In this document: piece after piece, positions 38,046 to 49,751 of the stretch
Numbering within the stretch: the stretch's first letter is position 1
How the letters are laid out: every line of letters begins with the position of its first letter
NCBI GenBank assembly: GCA_927353735.1
Contig: CAKMIA010000008.1
Coordinates: 212 to 64,211, forward strand
Length of the DNA: 64,000 nt
Direction: 5' to 3'
From: an uncultured Veillonellaceae bacterium
Lineage (GTDB): Bacteria; Bacillota; Negativicutes; Veillonellales; Dialisteraceae
Position numbers and translations under genes: made by a program
The notes under the pieces: generated by a model
The model's database searches: none
Told to the model about the DNA's origin: nothing
The model's input: the letters and a program-made list of their open reading frames with translations, nothing else

Positions 38046-38808
38046 TTTTTTCCTCGGCGATGTGCCGGACCTCGATGAGGTGCGCCATGTCGGTCTGATC
38101 CCACTGGATCGGGGTCAGCGTCACATAGCCCCGGTGCGCCCAGTATACGTCCTCATCGGGCGAGGAATTGCCCACCGGCGTTCCCGCCAGCCAGTAGCCG
38201 ACGCGGCCGGACGGGTCCTCCAGTGCGCGGATCGCATTTTCATAGCGCTGGAAGCCGAGCTTCGTCACCTTGATGCCGGCCCAGCTCATGTCCGCCCCTT
38301 CGGGAATATTGAGATTCAGGATGCCCCTGTAATGGCGCTCTGCAAAATACCGGCGGATGATACGCCCTGCACAGGCCGCGGCGTCGGCGAGGAATTCCGG
38401 TTTTCTTGCGGTCTCCGCTGATACGGCCATGGAGGGAATCCCGAAAAAGGTCCCCTCCATGGCACCGGCCACGGTGCCGCTGTACAGGCAGTCGCTGCCC
38501 GTATTGTAGCCGTTGTTGATGCCCGACACCAGAAGATCCGGCCGGTCGTCCCGGAGCCAGTATTCCAGCGCCACCTTGCAGCAGTCCGCCGTGGTGCCGT
38601 TGCACGCAAAGACGCGGATGCCCTCGCCGTAGGAGGGCTTTTCCCACACCCGGAGATACTGGTGCAGCGTGAGCGAGCTGGAGCAGGAGCTCCGCCCGTG
38701 ATGGGGCGCGAGCACGGTGACGCGCGCCATGGAGGACAGCGCCAGGGCCATCGCCCGGATGCCCGGTGCCTCCACGCCGTCGTCATTGGTCAGGAAGATA
38801 TGCATCAT
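38038..38808 (-). CDS. surE: 5'/3'-nucleotidase SurE
   Basis: MMHIFLTNDDGVEAPGI..., GINNGYNTGSDCLYSGTVAGAMEG. Confidence 0.92.
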   Translation of the reverse strand: MMHIFLTNDDGVEAPGIRAMALALSSMARVTVLAPHHGRSSCSSSLTLHQYLRVWEKPSYGEGIRVFACNGTTADCCKVALEYWLRDDRPDLLVSGINNGYNTGSDCLYSGTVAGAMEGTFFGIPSMAVSAETARKPEFLADAAACAGRIIRRYFAERHYRGILNLNIPEGADMSWAGIKVTKLGFQRYENAIRALEDPSGRVGYWLAGTPVGNSSPDEDVYWAHRGYVTLTPIQWDQTDMAHLIEVRHIAEEKID

Positions 38809-40064
38809 TCGTCGATTTCTTTCTTTCTCGTGAGAGACGCATCCTGGAAGTGAATGTTCCGGGTGTGGATAGTGTGCACCCAGCCCTTCTTGTGCCGATC
38901 AAGGAACCCGAGGAAGGTCACCGGGATCCAGGAGTACATGAAGACCGGATAGAGCAGCCAGTAGAACCAAATCTTCTTCGGCACCTTGATCTGCAGGAGC
39001 ACGATGAAGGGCAGGATGTACTGGAGCACCGTCACCGCCGTCCAGAACTGCGACGGCAGCAGCTTGTCGTTATACAGGATGACCGTGAAGCACGGATGGA
39101 AAATATTGATGTACGTCATGATCGCGTAGAACGTGGACAACAGCAGGAAGTAGTTCTGCAGGAGCTGCATGATCCCGTCCAGAATGCGGATGCTGTGGCG
39201 GCGGATGCCTTCCTTCAGCAGCTTCGGGATATACCGTTCCGCGCAGTCGAACTGTCCCTGTGCCCAGCGCTTGCGCTGACGCCAGGAAGCCATGAAGGTG
39301 ATCGGTTTTTCATCATAGATGATGGCATCGTGCACCCAGCAGGTGCGGATGCCGTGGGAAAGGCACTTCATGGAAAATTCCATATCCTCAGTGAGGCATT
39401 CGCAGCCCCAGCCGTATTTCTTGATCACGTCCGCGGCGATGCACATGCCCGTGCCGCCGAGAGCCGTGGAAAGGCCGATGTTGTATTTGCCCAGATGCCA
39501 CAGATGATTGACCGTCCAGAAAGCAATGGCAAAGGTGCCGGCCACCCAGGAGTCCGTCGGATTCTTGGCGGACAGATAGCCCTGCAGCACCTTCTGGCCC
39601 CGGAGGAGACGGCTGTTCATCTCCAGCAGGAAATCCAGATGGACCAGATTGTCCGCGTCGAAAACGCAGAAGGCATCGTAGCCCCGGTTCAGCGCGAAGA
39701 TCTTCGGGAACACCCAGTCCATGGCGTAGCCCTTGCCCACAAGCTCCTTGTTGAACCGCTCGAAGACGTACGCTCCGTGTTCCCGGGCGATGTCTGCCGT
39801 GCGGTCCGTGCAGTTATCCGCGATGACGTAGATATCGTAGAGCTCTTTCGGGTATTTCAGGATCTTCAGATTATCCAGAAGCTCTCCCAGCACCATTTCC
39901 TCATTATGGGCAGGGATGACCATGGCAAACTTGTTTTTCGGAATGAGGATCTTCTTCTCCTTCGGATGCCACGTCCCAAAAATGGCCAGCACAATGTAAT
40001 ACGCCGTGAAGAAAATGACGATCCACTGCACCGGGAGCATAATGATATCCAGTGAATAATTCAT
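38805..40064 (-). CDS. Membrane-embedded processive family-2 glycosyltransferase (BcsA/PgaC/NodC-like catalytic core)
   Basis: 419 aa. N-terminal TM helix, then IPAHNEE, DxD (FDADN), TED (LTEDMEF) and QxxRW (QRKRWAQG), followed by several C-terminal TM helices. Confidence 0.8.
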   Translation of the reverse strand: MNYSLDIIMLPVQWIVIFFTAYYIVLAIFGTWHPKEKKILIPKNKFAMVIPAHNEEMVLGELLDNLKILKYPKELYDIYVIADNCTDRTADIAREHGAYVFERFNKELVGKGYAMDWVFPKIFALNRGYDAFCVFDADNLVHLDFLLEMNSRLLRGQKVLQGYLSAKNPTDSWVAGTFAIAFWTVNHLWHLGKYNIGLSTALGGTGMCIAADVIKKYGWGCECLTEDMEFSMKCLSHGIRTCWVHDAIIYDEKPITFMASWRQRKRWAQGQFDCAERYIPKLLKEGIRRHSIRILDGIMQLLQNYFLLLSTFYAIMTYINIFHPCFTVILYNDKLLPSQFWTAVTVLQYILPFIVLLQIKVPKKIWFYWLLYPVFMYSWIPVTFLGFLDRHKKGWVHTIHTRNIHFQDASLTRKKEIDE

Positions 40065-40783
40065 AGTTCCTTATGATCTCCTGCGTTTCTTCTGCTTTTT
40101 CTCCTCTTTCTCTGTGCTTTGCGGCGATTCTGCCAGGTATTGAGAATCCCGAAAATAATGAAGGCCAGACACAGCGATGCGAACCAGGACGACGGCGCCA
40201 GGAAGGTCAGTACGCCGAAGAGCACGAGGCAGAAGACCAGTGCCTGCCAGTGCAGCTGATCGGCGCTGGCGCCCTTGTTGTCCGGGTAGTGGACTTCACT
40301 CACCATGAGATAGGCCACCAGCAGGATGAGCGCAAGAGTCAGCGGCTGCCAGAGCACCACGCCGGAAAGAATATAGCCGGCGGTGATCATGCCCGTCATC
40401 GGGCAGGGCAGCCCTTCGAAATAGCCGTGCACTTCGCCGCTCTTCACATTGAAGCGGGCCAGACGGAACGCACAGGACACGGCCAGAAGCGCACAGGGCA
40501 CCGCCGCGACCAGTCCGTATTCCCGGAGCTGGGACGCATACAGAAGCGTTGCCGGCGCGATGCCGAAGGAAATATCGTCGCACATGGAGTCCAGCTCCAC
40601 CCCGAGCGGTCCCGTGGTATGGAGCGCACGGGCGGTGCGGCCGTCGAAGAAGTCCGCCACCATCGATACAAGAATGCAGATGGCCGCGATGTCAAACGCT
40701 CCTTCTATAGACATGAATATGGACATGGCTCCGAAAAAGCCGTTTGTGGCCGTGACGCCATTGGCAATCCAGGATTTATTCAC
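40061..40783 (-). CDS. pssA: CDP-diacylglycerol--serine O-phosphatidyltransferase
   Basis: CDP-alcohol phosphatidyltransferase motif DFFDGRTARALHTTGPLGVELDSMCDDISF. Multi-TM protein, located immediately downstream of psd. Confidence 0.85.
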   Translation of the reverse strand: MNKSWIANGVTATNGFFGAMSIFMSIEGAFDIAAICILVSMVADFFDGRTARALHTTGPLGVELDSMCDDISFGIAPATLLYASQLREYGLVAAVPCALLAVSCAFRLARFNVKSGEVHGYFEGLPCPMTGMITAGYILSGVVLWQPLTLALILLVAYLMVSEVHYPDNKGASADQLHWQALVFCLVLFGVLTFLAPSSWFASLCLAFIIFGILNTWQNRRKAQRKRRKSRRNAGDHKEL

Positions 40784-41468
40784 TTATTTCAGCCTCCCTA
40801 CGATTGTGCTGCCCCCGCAGACTTTATCCCCCTTTTTGACGAGGATCTCCACGTCACCCGGCACGTACAGCTCTGTGCAGGACCCGAATTTGATCATGCC
40901 GTATAATTCCCCCTTACGGATGGTCTGGCCGAGTTCGCTCCACAGAACGACGCGCCGCGCAAGGATCCCCGCAATCTGTACGACGAGGACGGACCGCTTC
41001 GCCCCGGTGATGCCGATGGCGCCGCGTTCATTGTCATATCCCACTCCGTCCGCATAGGCAGGGCGGAAACGGCCCTGCGTATAGGACATGAGAGAGATCC
41101 GCCCCTCCATGGGCGCGCGGTTCGTATGTACGTTGAATACGGAGAGAAAAATGGTGATCTTGTGGCATTTCTCTCCGAGGAACATTTCCTCCATCACGCC
41201 GTCTTCTACTGCCATGACCGTCCCGTCCGCCGGGGATACGAGCAGATCGTCTCCCTCGGGGATGGTCCGTTTCGGACAGCGGAAAAAGTAGGCGAAATAG
41301 AGCATGAGAACAAAAGGCACGGCCGCTGCATGAAACCACCCGAGCCACGCGAAAAGAACCGTCACGGCCGCCGCCGCACCGATGAAGGGATACCCTTCAT
41401 GAAGGATGAGCGGTTTTTCTGTCATCTTGTCCAACGGTCCTTCTCCTTTCTGCGCGGCACCGCCTTCA

Positions 41469-41476
<8 letters not shown>
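40784..41476 (-). CDS. psd: Phosphatidylserine decarboxylase proenzyme (short type)
   Basis: Contains VFNVHTNRAPMEG and a self-cleavage-type motif FGSC near the C-terminus. The start could instead be ATG 41425. Confidence 0.8.
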
Positions 41477-43714
<2,238 letters not shown>

Positions 43715-43730
43715 TTATTTCATTGTAATG

Positions 43731-43769
43731 CAAAAAAAACTTCACCGCAAGCAACGGCCCTTGGTGAAA
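43731..43769 (-). terminator. Intrinsic terminator/attenuator inside the guaB 5' leader
   Basis: Minus strand: TTCACC-AAG [loop] CTT-(GC bulge)-GGTGAA, followed by G and T8. It lies about 58 nt upstream of the guaB start. Confidence 0.65.
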
Positions 43770-43893
43770 TCAGGAAAACGCCCGCCGCATCCGTCAGAAA
43801 ATTCGTCGCCTCCGGCCCGGAGTTTCGGTCCGCCGGATTCAGCCAGTGCCCTGGTAATTGCTATATTATATACGGTTCCTCTGTTTTTTTCCA
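43770..43893 (-). promoter_or_regulatory. guaB promoter plus structured leader (candidate riboswitch/attenuator aptamer, class not identified)
   Basis: Minus strand: TGGAAA (43893-43888), 17 nt spacer, TATAAT (43870-43865). The leader that follows contains a 9-bp bulged hairpin TCCGGCGGA[CCGAAAC]TCC-G-GCCGGA (43811-43837). Confidence 0.45.
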
Positions 43894-43933
43894 GTCCTTT
43901 CCTGCGGACAGGCCGGCAGACCGGCCCCGCCGT

Positions 43934-43962
43934 CAAAAAAAGAGACAGCTCCGCTGCCTCTC
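43934..43962 (-). terminator. recG terminator
   Basis: Minus strand: AGAGGCAGC, loop GGA, GCTGTCTCT, then T7. Confidence 0.8.
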
Positions 43963-43979
43963 CTTTATATATTCTATTA

Positions 43980-46037
43980 TTAATGGTAAATGCGCTCGAA
44001 GAATTTTCCGCCGAAGCGCCGCTTCAGCTCCTCCCGGCAGTCCAGCCCCGCGGCGACCTCCCGGCGGGCCGCCTTCCGCGCCTCCTCCAGCAGCGGCAGG
44101 TCCCGCAGGATATCCGCCGCACGCAGATCAGGCATGCCATGCTGATGATAGCCGAAAAATTCTCCGGAGCCGCGGATGAGCAGGTCCTTTTCCGCCAGCA
44201 GGAAGCCGTCCTGGATGCGGGTCATGAGCTCCATCCGGAGACGGGCCGTTTCGTTGACGCTGTCTGTATAGAGGATGCAGTAGGCCTGCGCACTGCCGCG
44301 GCCCACGCGTCCCCGGAGCTGATGCAGCTGGGACAGGCCGAACCGGTCCGCGCCGTACACAAACATGATGGTCGCATTGGGCATATTGACACCCACCTCG
44401 ATGACGCTGGTCGCCACGAGGAGCTGCACCCTGCCGGTGCGGAAATCGTCCATCACCTGCTGTTTTTCCTTTTCCTTCATCCGGCCGTGCACCATGCCGC
44501 ACCGGTAGCCCGGGAGCTCCTTCTCCTGCAGCTCCCGGTATACCTTCTCCGCCGCGGCCAGATCCTGCTTCTCGCTTTCCGCCACGAGGGGGCACACCAC
44601 GTAGACCTGATGCCCCGCGTCCATCTCCCGCGCCATGAACCGGTAGATGCGGGGCAGCATGTCCCCGCCCACGGCGTAGGTCCTGACGGGATGGCGGCCC
44701 GGCGGCATGCCCCGGATGGCAGACACATTCAGATCGCCGTATACGGAGAGCGCCATGGTCCGCGGGATGGGCGTGGCCGTCATGATGAGCGTATGGGGAC
44801 ACTCGCCCTTCGTTTCCAGCGCCTCCCGCTGCTTCACGCCGAAGCGGTGCTGCTCGTCCGTGATGACCAGCCCCAGCCGCGCGAAGACCACCGCGTCCTC
44901 GATGAGCGCGTGGGTGCCGATGAGGAGATCGATCTCCCCGGCGCGGAGCGCCTCCAGGATCTGCTTCTTCTCCGACGCCTTCGTCGTCCCCGTGAGGAGC
45001 GCCGTGCGGATGGGCAGATTCTTATACAACTCGGAGAAGGTCTGGAAATGCTGCTGAGCCAGCACCTCCGTGGGGACCATGAGCGCGCTCTGGTAGCCGT
45101 TTTCCGTCATCTTCGCCACGGCCAGCGCCGCCACGGCGGTCTTCCCGCTGCCCACGTCGCCCTGCACGAGCCGCTGCATGGGCACGAGCCCTTCCATATC
45201 ATCCTCGATATCCGCAAAGGCCTGCCGCTGTCCCTCTGTGAGCGTGAAGGGCAGACTGCGCAGCGCCGCCGCCACCAGCCGCCCCGACGGCGCGCACTTG
45301 ATGCCCGACATGCCGGCCTGCCGCTTCTTCCGGAGCAGGAAGATCCCTGCCTGCATGAAAAACAGCTCCTCGAAGGCAAGACGCCGCCGCGCCGCCTTCT
45401 GTGCCTCCCAGGATACTGGGAAATGGATGGCCTCCACCGCTTCCCGGCGTCCCATGAGATGCGACTCCCGCAGCACCCGCGCCGGCAGATTCTCCGTGAG
45501 GTCCTCCGCCTTCTCCAACGCCTGCCGGATGAGCTCCTGCATCCGGGAGAGCTTCAGCCCCTCCGTGAGCGGATACACCGGCACCAGCTTCTGAAAGCCG
45601 GCCAGCGCCGCCGGCTCCACCAGCTCCGTGTCGGCATTCTGCATCTGGATCTTCCGGTAATTGTATTCCGCCCGGCCGTAGGCGAGCACATGGGCATCCA
45701 TGGGGAATTCATCCCGCTTCCAGGGCTGATTGAAATACACCAGATTCACCGCGCCGGTCCCGTCGGTGAGCACCACCGTCAGGATGGACATATGCGGCCG
45801 GGGCCGCACCTCCTTCCGGTCCGCCACCCGGCCGTACACCGCCGCCTCCTCGCCGAAGACGAGCTCGTCCATGGGGGTGATCTTCGTCCAGTCCTGATAC
45901 CGCCGCGGATAGAATGCCAGCAGATCCTCCACTGTGGCTATGCCGAGCCGCAGCAGCTTTTCCGCCATGCGGGGGCCGACCCCCTTAAGTTTCGTCACTG
46001 CATTCGAGAGTTTCATGCGCGCTGTCCTTTCCGTCAT
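43980..46037 (-). CDS. recG: ATP-dependent DNA helicase RecG
   Basis: 685 aa. Wedge/OB N-terminus, helicase motifs GDVGSGKTAVA, DEQHRFG and QLHQLRGRVGRG. Confidence 0.93.
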   Translation of the reverse strand: MTERTARMKLSNAVTKLKGVGPRMAEKLLRLGIATVEDLLAFYPRRYQDWTKITPMDELVFGEEAAVYGRVADRKEVRPRPHMSILTVVLTDGTGAVNLVYFNQPWKRDEFPMDAHVLAYGRAEYNYRKIQMQNADTELVEPAALAGFQKLVPVYPLTEGLKLSRMQELIRQALEKAEDLTENLPARVLRESHLMGRREAVEAIHFPVSWEAQKAARRRLAFEELFFMQAGIFLLRKKRQAGMSGIKCAPSGRLVAAALRSLPFTLTEGQRQAFADIEDDMEGLVPMQRLVQGDVGSGKTAVAALAVAKMTENGYQSALMVPTEVLAQQHFQTFSELYKNLPIRTALLTGTTKASEKKQILEALRAGEIDLLIGTHALIEDAVVFARLGLVITDEQHRFGVKQREALETKGECPHTLIMTATPIPRTMALSVYGDLNVSAIRGMPPGRHPVRTYAVGGDMLPRIYRFMAREMDAGHQVYVVCPLVAESEKQDLAAAEKVYRELQEKELPGYRCGMVHGRMKEKEKQQVMDDFRTGRVQLLVATSVIEVGVNMPNATIMFVYGADRFGLSQLHQLRGRVGRGSAQAYCILYTDSVNETARLRMELMTRIQDGFLLAEKDLLIRGSGEFFGYHQHGMPDLRAADILRDLPLLEEARKAARREVAAGLDCREELKRRFGGKFFERIYH

Positions 46038-46169
46038 TTTCCGCTGCGGAGGGGCCTCTGCCTCCCCGCGGCGTTTCTTCTATTTTACCCTATAAAAAGC
46101 TTGCCTCGAAAATTATTTTATGATATATTATGAATGTTGCAATCACGGAAGCGCAAGGAGGTGTAGCAC

Positions 46170-46358
46170 ATGGCGAATTATTGCGAAGTATGCGGAAAGA
46201 AGACCGCCACTGGTATGAACGTATCCCATTCCCACCTGAAGACGAAAAGAACCTGGAAGCCGAACGTTCAGCGAGTACGTGTTGTCGTCGACGGCGAGGT
46301 AAAGAGAATGAATGTCTGCACCCGCTGCCTTCGTTCCGGCAAAGTCACTCGTGCTTAA
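46170..46358 (+). CDS. rpmB: 50S ribosomal protein L28
   Basis: MANYCEVCGKKTATGMNVSHSHLKTKRTWKPNVQRVRV..., with a GGAGG SD. Confidence 0.95.
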   Translation: MANYCEVCGKKTATGMNVSHSHLKTKRTWKPNVQRVRVVVDGEVKRMNVCTRCLRSGKVTRA

Positions 46359-46373
46359 TCAAACCGCATCCAG

Positions 46374-46398
46374 AGGCCGGCCCGCGCCGGCTTTTTTG
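46374..46398 (+). terminator. rpmB terminator
   Basis: gccggc, loop ccgc, gccggc, followed by T6. Confidence 0.75.
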
Positions 46399-46423
46399 CT
46401 GCCCTTTTTCAGGGCGTGCACAC

Positions 46424-46459
46424 AAAAAGAGCAGGAAGAAATCTTCCTGCTCTTTTTTA
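46424..46459. terminator. Bidirectional terminator downstream of the CofE-like gene
   Basis: agagcaggaag (46428-46438) pairs with cttcctgctct (46443-46453), flanked by an A-run and a T-run. Confidence 0.8.
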
Positions 46460-46465
46460 TTTCCC

Positions 46466-47113
46466 TCAGCCCAGCTGATCGGCAAAGTTCTTAATGATGA
46501 CGATCGGCGTTTTCTGGCTGGCATTGCCGAAAGGATTATCAATGAGGATCTTCGCAATGCGCTTCGGATCGAGCCCCTTGCTCTTCCCGAGAACAGCGGC
46601 ACGCTTCAGGTCATTCACGTCGGCGATGACGGCCCCGTAGGCGCCGGTCGCACGGACGATCTCCTCGCACACATGGTCCGTATCGGCCGGTCCGTAGACG
46701 ATGCATTTATCAAAGGGCGGCATCGTGCCCGTCACGTCGTCGCAGAGCGAGGCCTGGCGGCATTTTGCATAAAAGAGGCCGTTCTTTCCGACGATCTTGG
46801 CCGCGGCGGCGGCGACGAACCAGAACAGCATCCGCCATGCGCCCTCTTCCTCCATGGCGGCCTGCATCCCGTAGATGCTCGACATGGAGCCCTCTGCGGG
46901 AACGAAGCGGTTCATCAGCCGGGCCTGCCAGCACGGAGACAGTTCTTCCGGGCGGACATAGCGGTTCTGCGTGATGGCCACCACCGATTCGGCGGCGCAC
47001 ACGATGTCCCGGTTCGTGATCTTATTTCCGGCATATTCGCAGATCGCGTCCACAATATTATCCTTGTGCGTCAGAATCCGCGTCGGCACCGGCACCAGTT
47101 CAAGCTCTGCCAT
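46466..47113 (-). CDS. CofE-like (F420-0:gamma-glutamyl ligase fold) family protein, function unknown
   Basis: 215 aa. By eye the block pattern parallels archaeal CofE: LELVPVPTRILTHKDNIVDAI; DIVCAAESVVAITQNRYVRPEEL; CDDVTGTMPPFDKCIVYGPADTDHVCEEI; GAVIADVND; QKTPIVIIKNF. Not checked with an HMM. Confidence 0.5.
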   Translation of the reverse strand: MAELELVPVPTRILTHKDNIVDAICEYAGNKITNRDIVCAAESVVAITQNRYVRPEELSPCWQARLMNRFVPAEGSMSSIYGMQAAMEEEGAWRMLFWFVAAAAAKIVGKNGLFYAKCRQASLCDDVTGTMPPFDKCIVYGPADTDHVCEEIVRATGAYGAVIADVNDLKRAAVLGKSKGLDPKRIAKILIDNPFGNASQKTPIVIIKNFADQLG

Positions 47114-47678
47114 GTTCCATTACCCCCGATTTGTAATTGTACAGTGCATCCCGCAGCTCATCCTGCTCCAGATGGATGCGGCCCTTTTCATAGACCCAGT
47201 CGCTGCGCCCCACGATCTGATAGATGATGTCCATGGGCAGATCCGGGAAATGCTCCAGATCCTGCAGGATGCTGCCGGCCTTGGCGGTGAGCGTGATCTT
47301 CACGCGGAGCTCCACGGTCTTTCCGGGCTCCACGATGAGCGCTTCCCAGTAGTCGTCCTCTCTCGGACGGGCCGTATCCATGAGGATAGTCCGCACGTCC
47401 ACCCGGTCATACTGTTCCTCCGGCATATAGGGACGGACGAAGGCGTCCATGATGGTCCCGTTCTGACGGCCTGCATTCCGGATCGGCACCGTGCAGGTGA
47501 GCACCGCCCGCGTCCGGTCCATGAATTCCACACGATAGGGAGACCGTTTTCCCTTCAGCAGGACGAACGCACAGTTCCCCTGCTTCCATGCGATGAACCA
47601 GTAGGCCAGAAAGCCGAGGCACACCAGCAGGATGAGCCCGGCTATAATCTGCATCAGTAAAAGTAACATAGACTGCAC
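47100..47678 (-). CDS. Hypothetical membrane-anchored protein (one N-terminal TM helix)
   Basis: 192 aa. MQSMLLLLMQIIAGLILLVCLGFLAYWFIAW, then a soluble domain. 14-nt overlap with the CofE-like gene; 3 nt after the murI stop. Confidence 0.6.
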   Translation of the reverse strand: MQSMLLLLMQIIAGLILLVCLGFLAYWFIAWKQGNCAFVLLKGKRSPYRVEFMDRTRAVLTCTVPIRNAGRQNGTIMDAFVRPYMPEEQYDRVDVRTILMDTARPREDDYWEALIVEPGKTVELRVKITLTAKAGSILQDLEHFPDLPMDIIYQIVGRSDWVYEKGRIHLEQDELRDALYNYKSGVMEHGRA

Positions 47679-47681
47679 TCC

Positions 47682-48449
47682 TCACAATTCCGCCGGCCGC
47701 ACCGGCATGGTTTTTCCAAAGACTTTTTCCGTGAGGGCGGCTGCTTCCTCCGCTGCCGCCGTGAAATAAAAGACATCGTCCCCGCAGGACTCCGCCAGCG
47801 CATCATCCGCCTCGAGCCGGCGCAGGGTCTCCGCCACGGTCTGCTCCGCGGGATCGCAGAATACCGTCTCCGGCATCAGCTCCTCGAACAGGGGCCGCAC
47901 CAGCGGATAATGGGTGCATCCCAGCACCGCCGCCCCGGTGTCCTCCGCGCCATAGCGGCGGATGCATCCCTGCAGGATCTCCCGGATCTCCGCTTCCGGC
48001 GCTCCGGTCTCGATCGCATGGGCCAGCCCGTCGCAGGGCACCTCCGCGATAGCCGCTCCGGGCAGCGCCGCCTCCAGCCCCCTGCGGTGGGAATGGCTGG
48101 CGATGGAGGCCGGCGTGGCAAAGACGGCGGCCTTCTTCACCTTCGGCAGGGAGGAGAAATCGGTGCTCATGCCCGTCACAGGCACCGGTCCCTCATAGAA
48201 GGACCGCGGCGTATTGAATGTGATGGTATTGCACGCCACAAGGATCGCCTTGACTCCCTTCCCGATGAGAAAGGCCTTCATTTCCTCCGCGAACCGGGTG
48301 ATCTCCTCCGGCGTCCGCTCCCCGTAGGGATTCCGCCGGGAGTCCCCGATATAGAGGATCGATTCCTCCGGCCGGACCCGCCGCAGCGCAGCCGCCACGG
48401 TGAGGCCGCCCACGCCGGAATCCATGATGCCAATGGGACGATTATCCAT
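47682..48449 (-). CDS. murI: Glutamate racemase
   Basis: IGIMDSGVGGLTVAAAL, YIGDSRRNPYG, ILVACNT and LGCTHYP. Confidence 0.93.
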   Translation of the reverse strand: MDNRPIGIMDSGVGGLTVAAALRRVRPEESILYIGDSRRNPYGERTPEEITRFAEEMKAFLIGKGVKAILVACNTITFNTPRSFYEGPVPVTGMSTDFSSLPKVKKAAVFATPASIASHSHRRGLEAALPGAAIAEVPCDGLAHAIETGAPEAEIREILQGCIRRYGAEDTGAAVLGCTHYPLVRPLFEELMPETVFCDPAEQTVAETLRRLEADDALAESCGDDVFYFTAAAEEAAALTEKVFGKTMPVRPAEL

Positions 48450-48870
48450 GATACTGTTCCTTATCCTCCTCGGACATCTGCAGGAGCTCGGCGATCTGCT
48501 CCTTCGGCACCCGGGCGATGCGCCCGTTGTCCATCCGTGTGAATGTCCCCACGGTCTCCGCCGTCACCAGCACATCCTCCGTGCCGTCCCGCACGATCTC
48601 GTAACGGAACACGAGCTTGGCCCGGTCCGCATGGGTGAGCCACGTGCGCACCGTCACGCAGTCGTCATAGCGGGCGGACTGGAGATACTTGATGTGGAGC
48701 TCCACGATGGGAAATACGATGCCCATATTCATCCAGTCATCCAGGACGATATGCGCCTTACGCAGATATTCCACGCGCGCCTCCTCGAGCCAGTTCAGAT
48801 AATTGCCGTGATAGACCACGCGCATGCCGTCTGTCTCATAGAAGCGCACCCTTCTTTTTAATTCATACAT
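48442..48870 (-). CDS. YbgC/FadM-family acyl-CoA thioesterase (4HBT hotdog)
   Basis: VRFYETDGMRVVYHGNYLNWLEEARVEYL is the typical 4HBT class I N-terminus. Confidence 0.85.
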   Translation of the reverse strand: MYELKRRVRFYETDGMRVVYHGNYLNWLEEARVEYLRKAHIVLDDWMNMGIVFPIVELHIKYLQSARYDDCVTVRTWLTHADRAKLVFRYEIVRDGTEDVLVTAETVGTFTRMDNGRIARVPKEQIAELLQMSEEDKEQYHG

Positions 48871-49001
48871 GGGTTCTACCTCCGCTTACCCATCCATTGT
48901 ACTACAGCGGTCTGAAATGTCAAAAACAGGCGGCCCCGTCTTGCCCGCACGGGACAAGGCGCGCTATACTTTTACAGATATCTCTGTGAAGGAGGCTCTT
49001 T

Positions 49002-49667
49002 ATGAATTTTACAGTGATCTGTCCCAACTGCGGCTCCAGACTTCAGCTGTTCGATAGCCAGATCAAAAAGAAAAAGGGAACGCTCCGCTGCGTCCGCTGC
49101 GGCAGCCGCATCCCCTATGACCTGACCCAGCCGCGGCCCGTGCGCACCGGCTTCTGGCCCGAGACGGAGGTGCCCTTCAAGCCGGGCGCCCAGAAAAAAT
49201 TCCTGTCCATCGCGAAGGCGCGCCAGAAAAATCCGGACTTCCAGCTCCGGCCCCTGGCCGAGCGTCCGCCGGAGGACCGCCCGGCGCCGGCTCCCTCTGC
49301 GGCCTCCCGCGTGCCCCCGGCCTTTGACCGTTCGCAGAACGCCTTTCAGAAATTTGATCTGAAAACGGGGCAGATCATAGGCAGCGCCGCACCGGCCGCA
49401 AAGAGCGCGCCCCGTCCGCAACCTGCATTGAAGGCCGTGCCCCATCCGCAGCCCGCACCGGAAACGGCGGCCCTGGCTCCCCGCTCGCGGAACATTCCGC
49501 GGGTCCCGGCTGACCGGAGCCGTCCGGCCAGGCGAAGCGGAACGCCGAAGCATCCGCTCAGCCGGGAATCCGTCCGCGCGGCCCGTCCTGCGGCGGCCCG
49601 TCCGGTCCGCGCACCGGGTGTGCTGTCCCGCCTCCGCTCCTTCTTTCTTCGGCTCTTCAAAAAATAA
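49002..49667 (+). CDS. Zinc-ribbon protein with a Pro/Arg-rich disordered region and a C-terminal amphipathic helix
   Basis: CPNCGSRLQ...(17 aa)...CVRCGSRIPY is a CxxC...CxxC ribbon. It is followed by about 170 low-complexity residues ending in GVLSRLRSFFLRLFKK. GGAGG SD. Confidence 0.6.
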   Translation: MNFTVICPNCGSRLQLFDSQIKKKKGTLRCVRCGSRIPYDLTQPRPVRTGFWPETEVPFKPGAQKKFLSIAKARQKNPDFQLRPLAERPPEDRPAPAPSAASRVPPAFDRSQNAFQKFDLKTGQIIGSAAPAAKSAPRPQPALKAVPHPQPAPETAALAPRSRNIPRVPADRSRPARRSGTPKHPLSRESVRAARPAAARPVRAPGVLSRLRSFFLRLFKK

Positions 49668-49673
49668 GCACGC

Positions 49674-49716
49674 AAAAAACGCCCGTCCCTTTTTCAGGGA
49701 CCGGGCGTTTTTTTAT
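49674..49716. terminator. Bidirectional terminator between the convergent zinc-ribbon and DUF697 genes
   Basis: acgcccgtccct (49679-49690) pairs with agggaccgggcgt (49696-49708), flanked by an A-run and a T-run. Confidence 0.8.
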
Positions 49717-49751
49717 GCCTTTTTATCGGTTATTTCCACCGTCTGACCAGT

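Noticed and set aside
43770-43858. guaB leader as a guanine/purine or ZTP riboswitch
   Set aside because: It lacks the conserved purine-aptamer junction and loop sequences. It has no GGGUCGUGACUGGCG...CCGCCUGGGC arrangement with a matching P1. I kept it only as an unclassified candidate.
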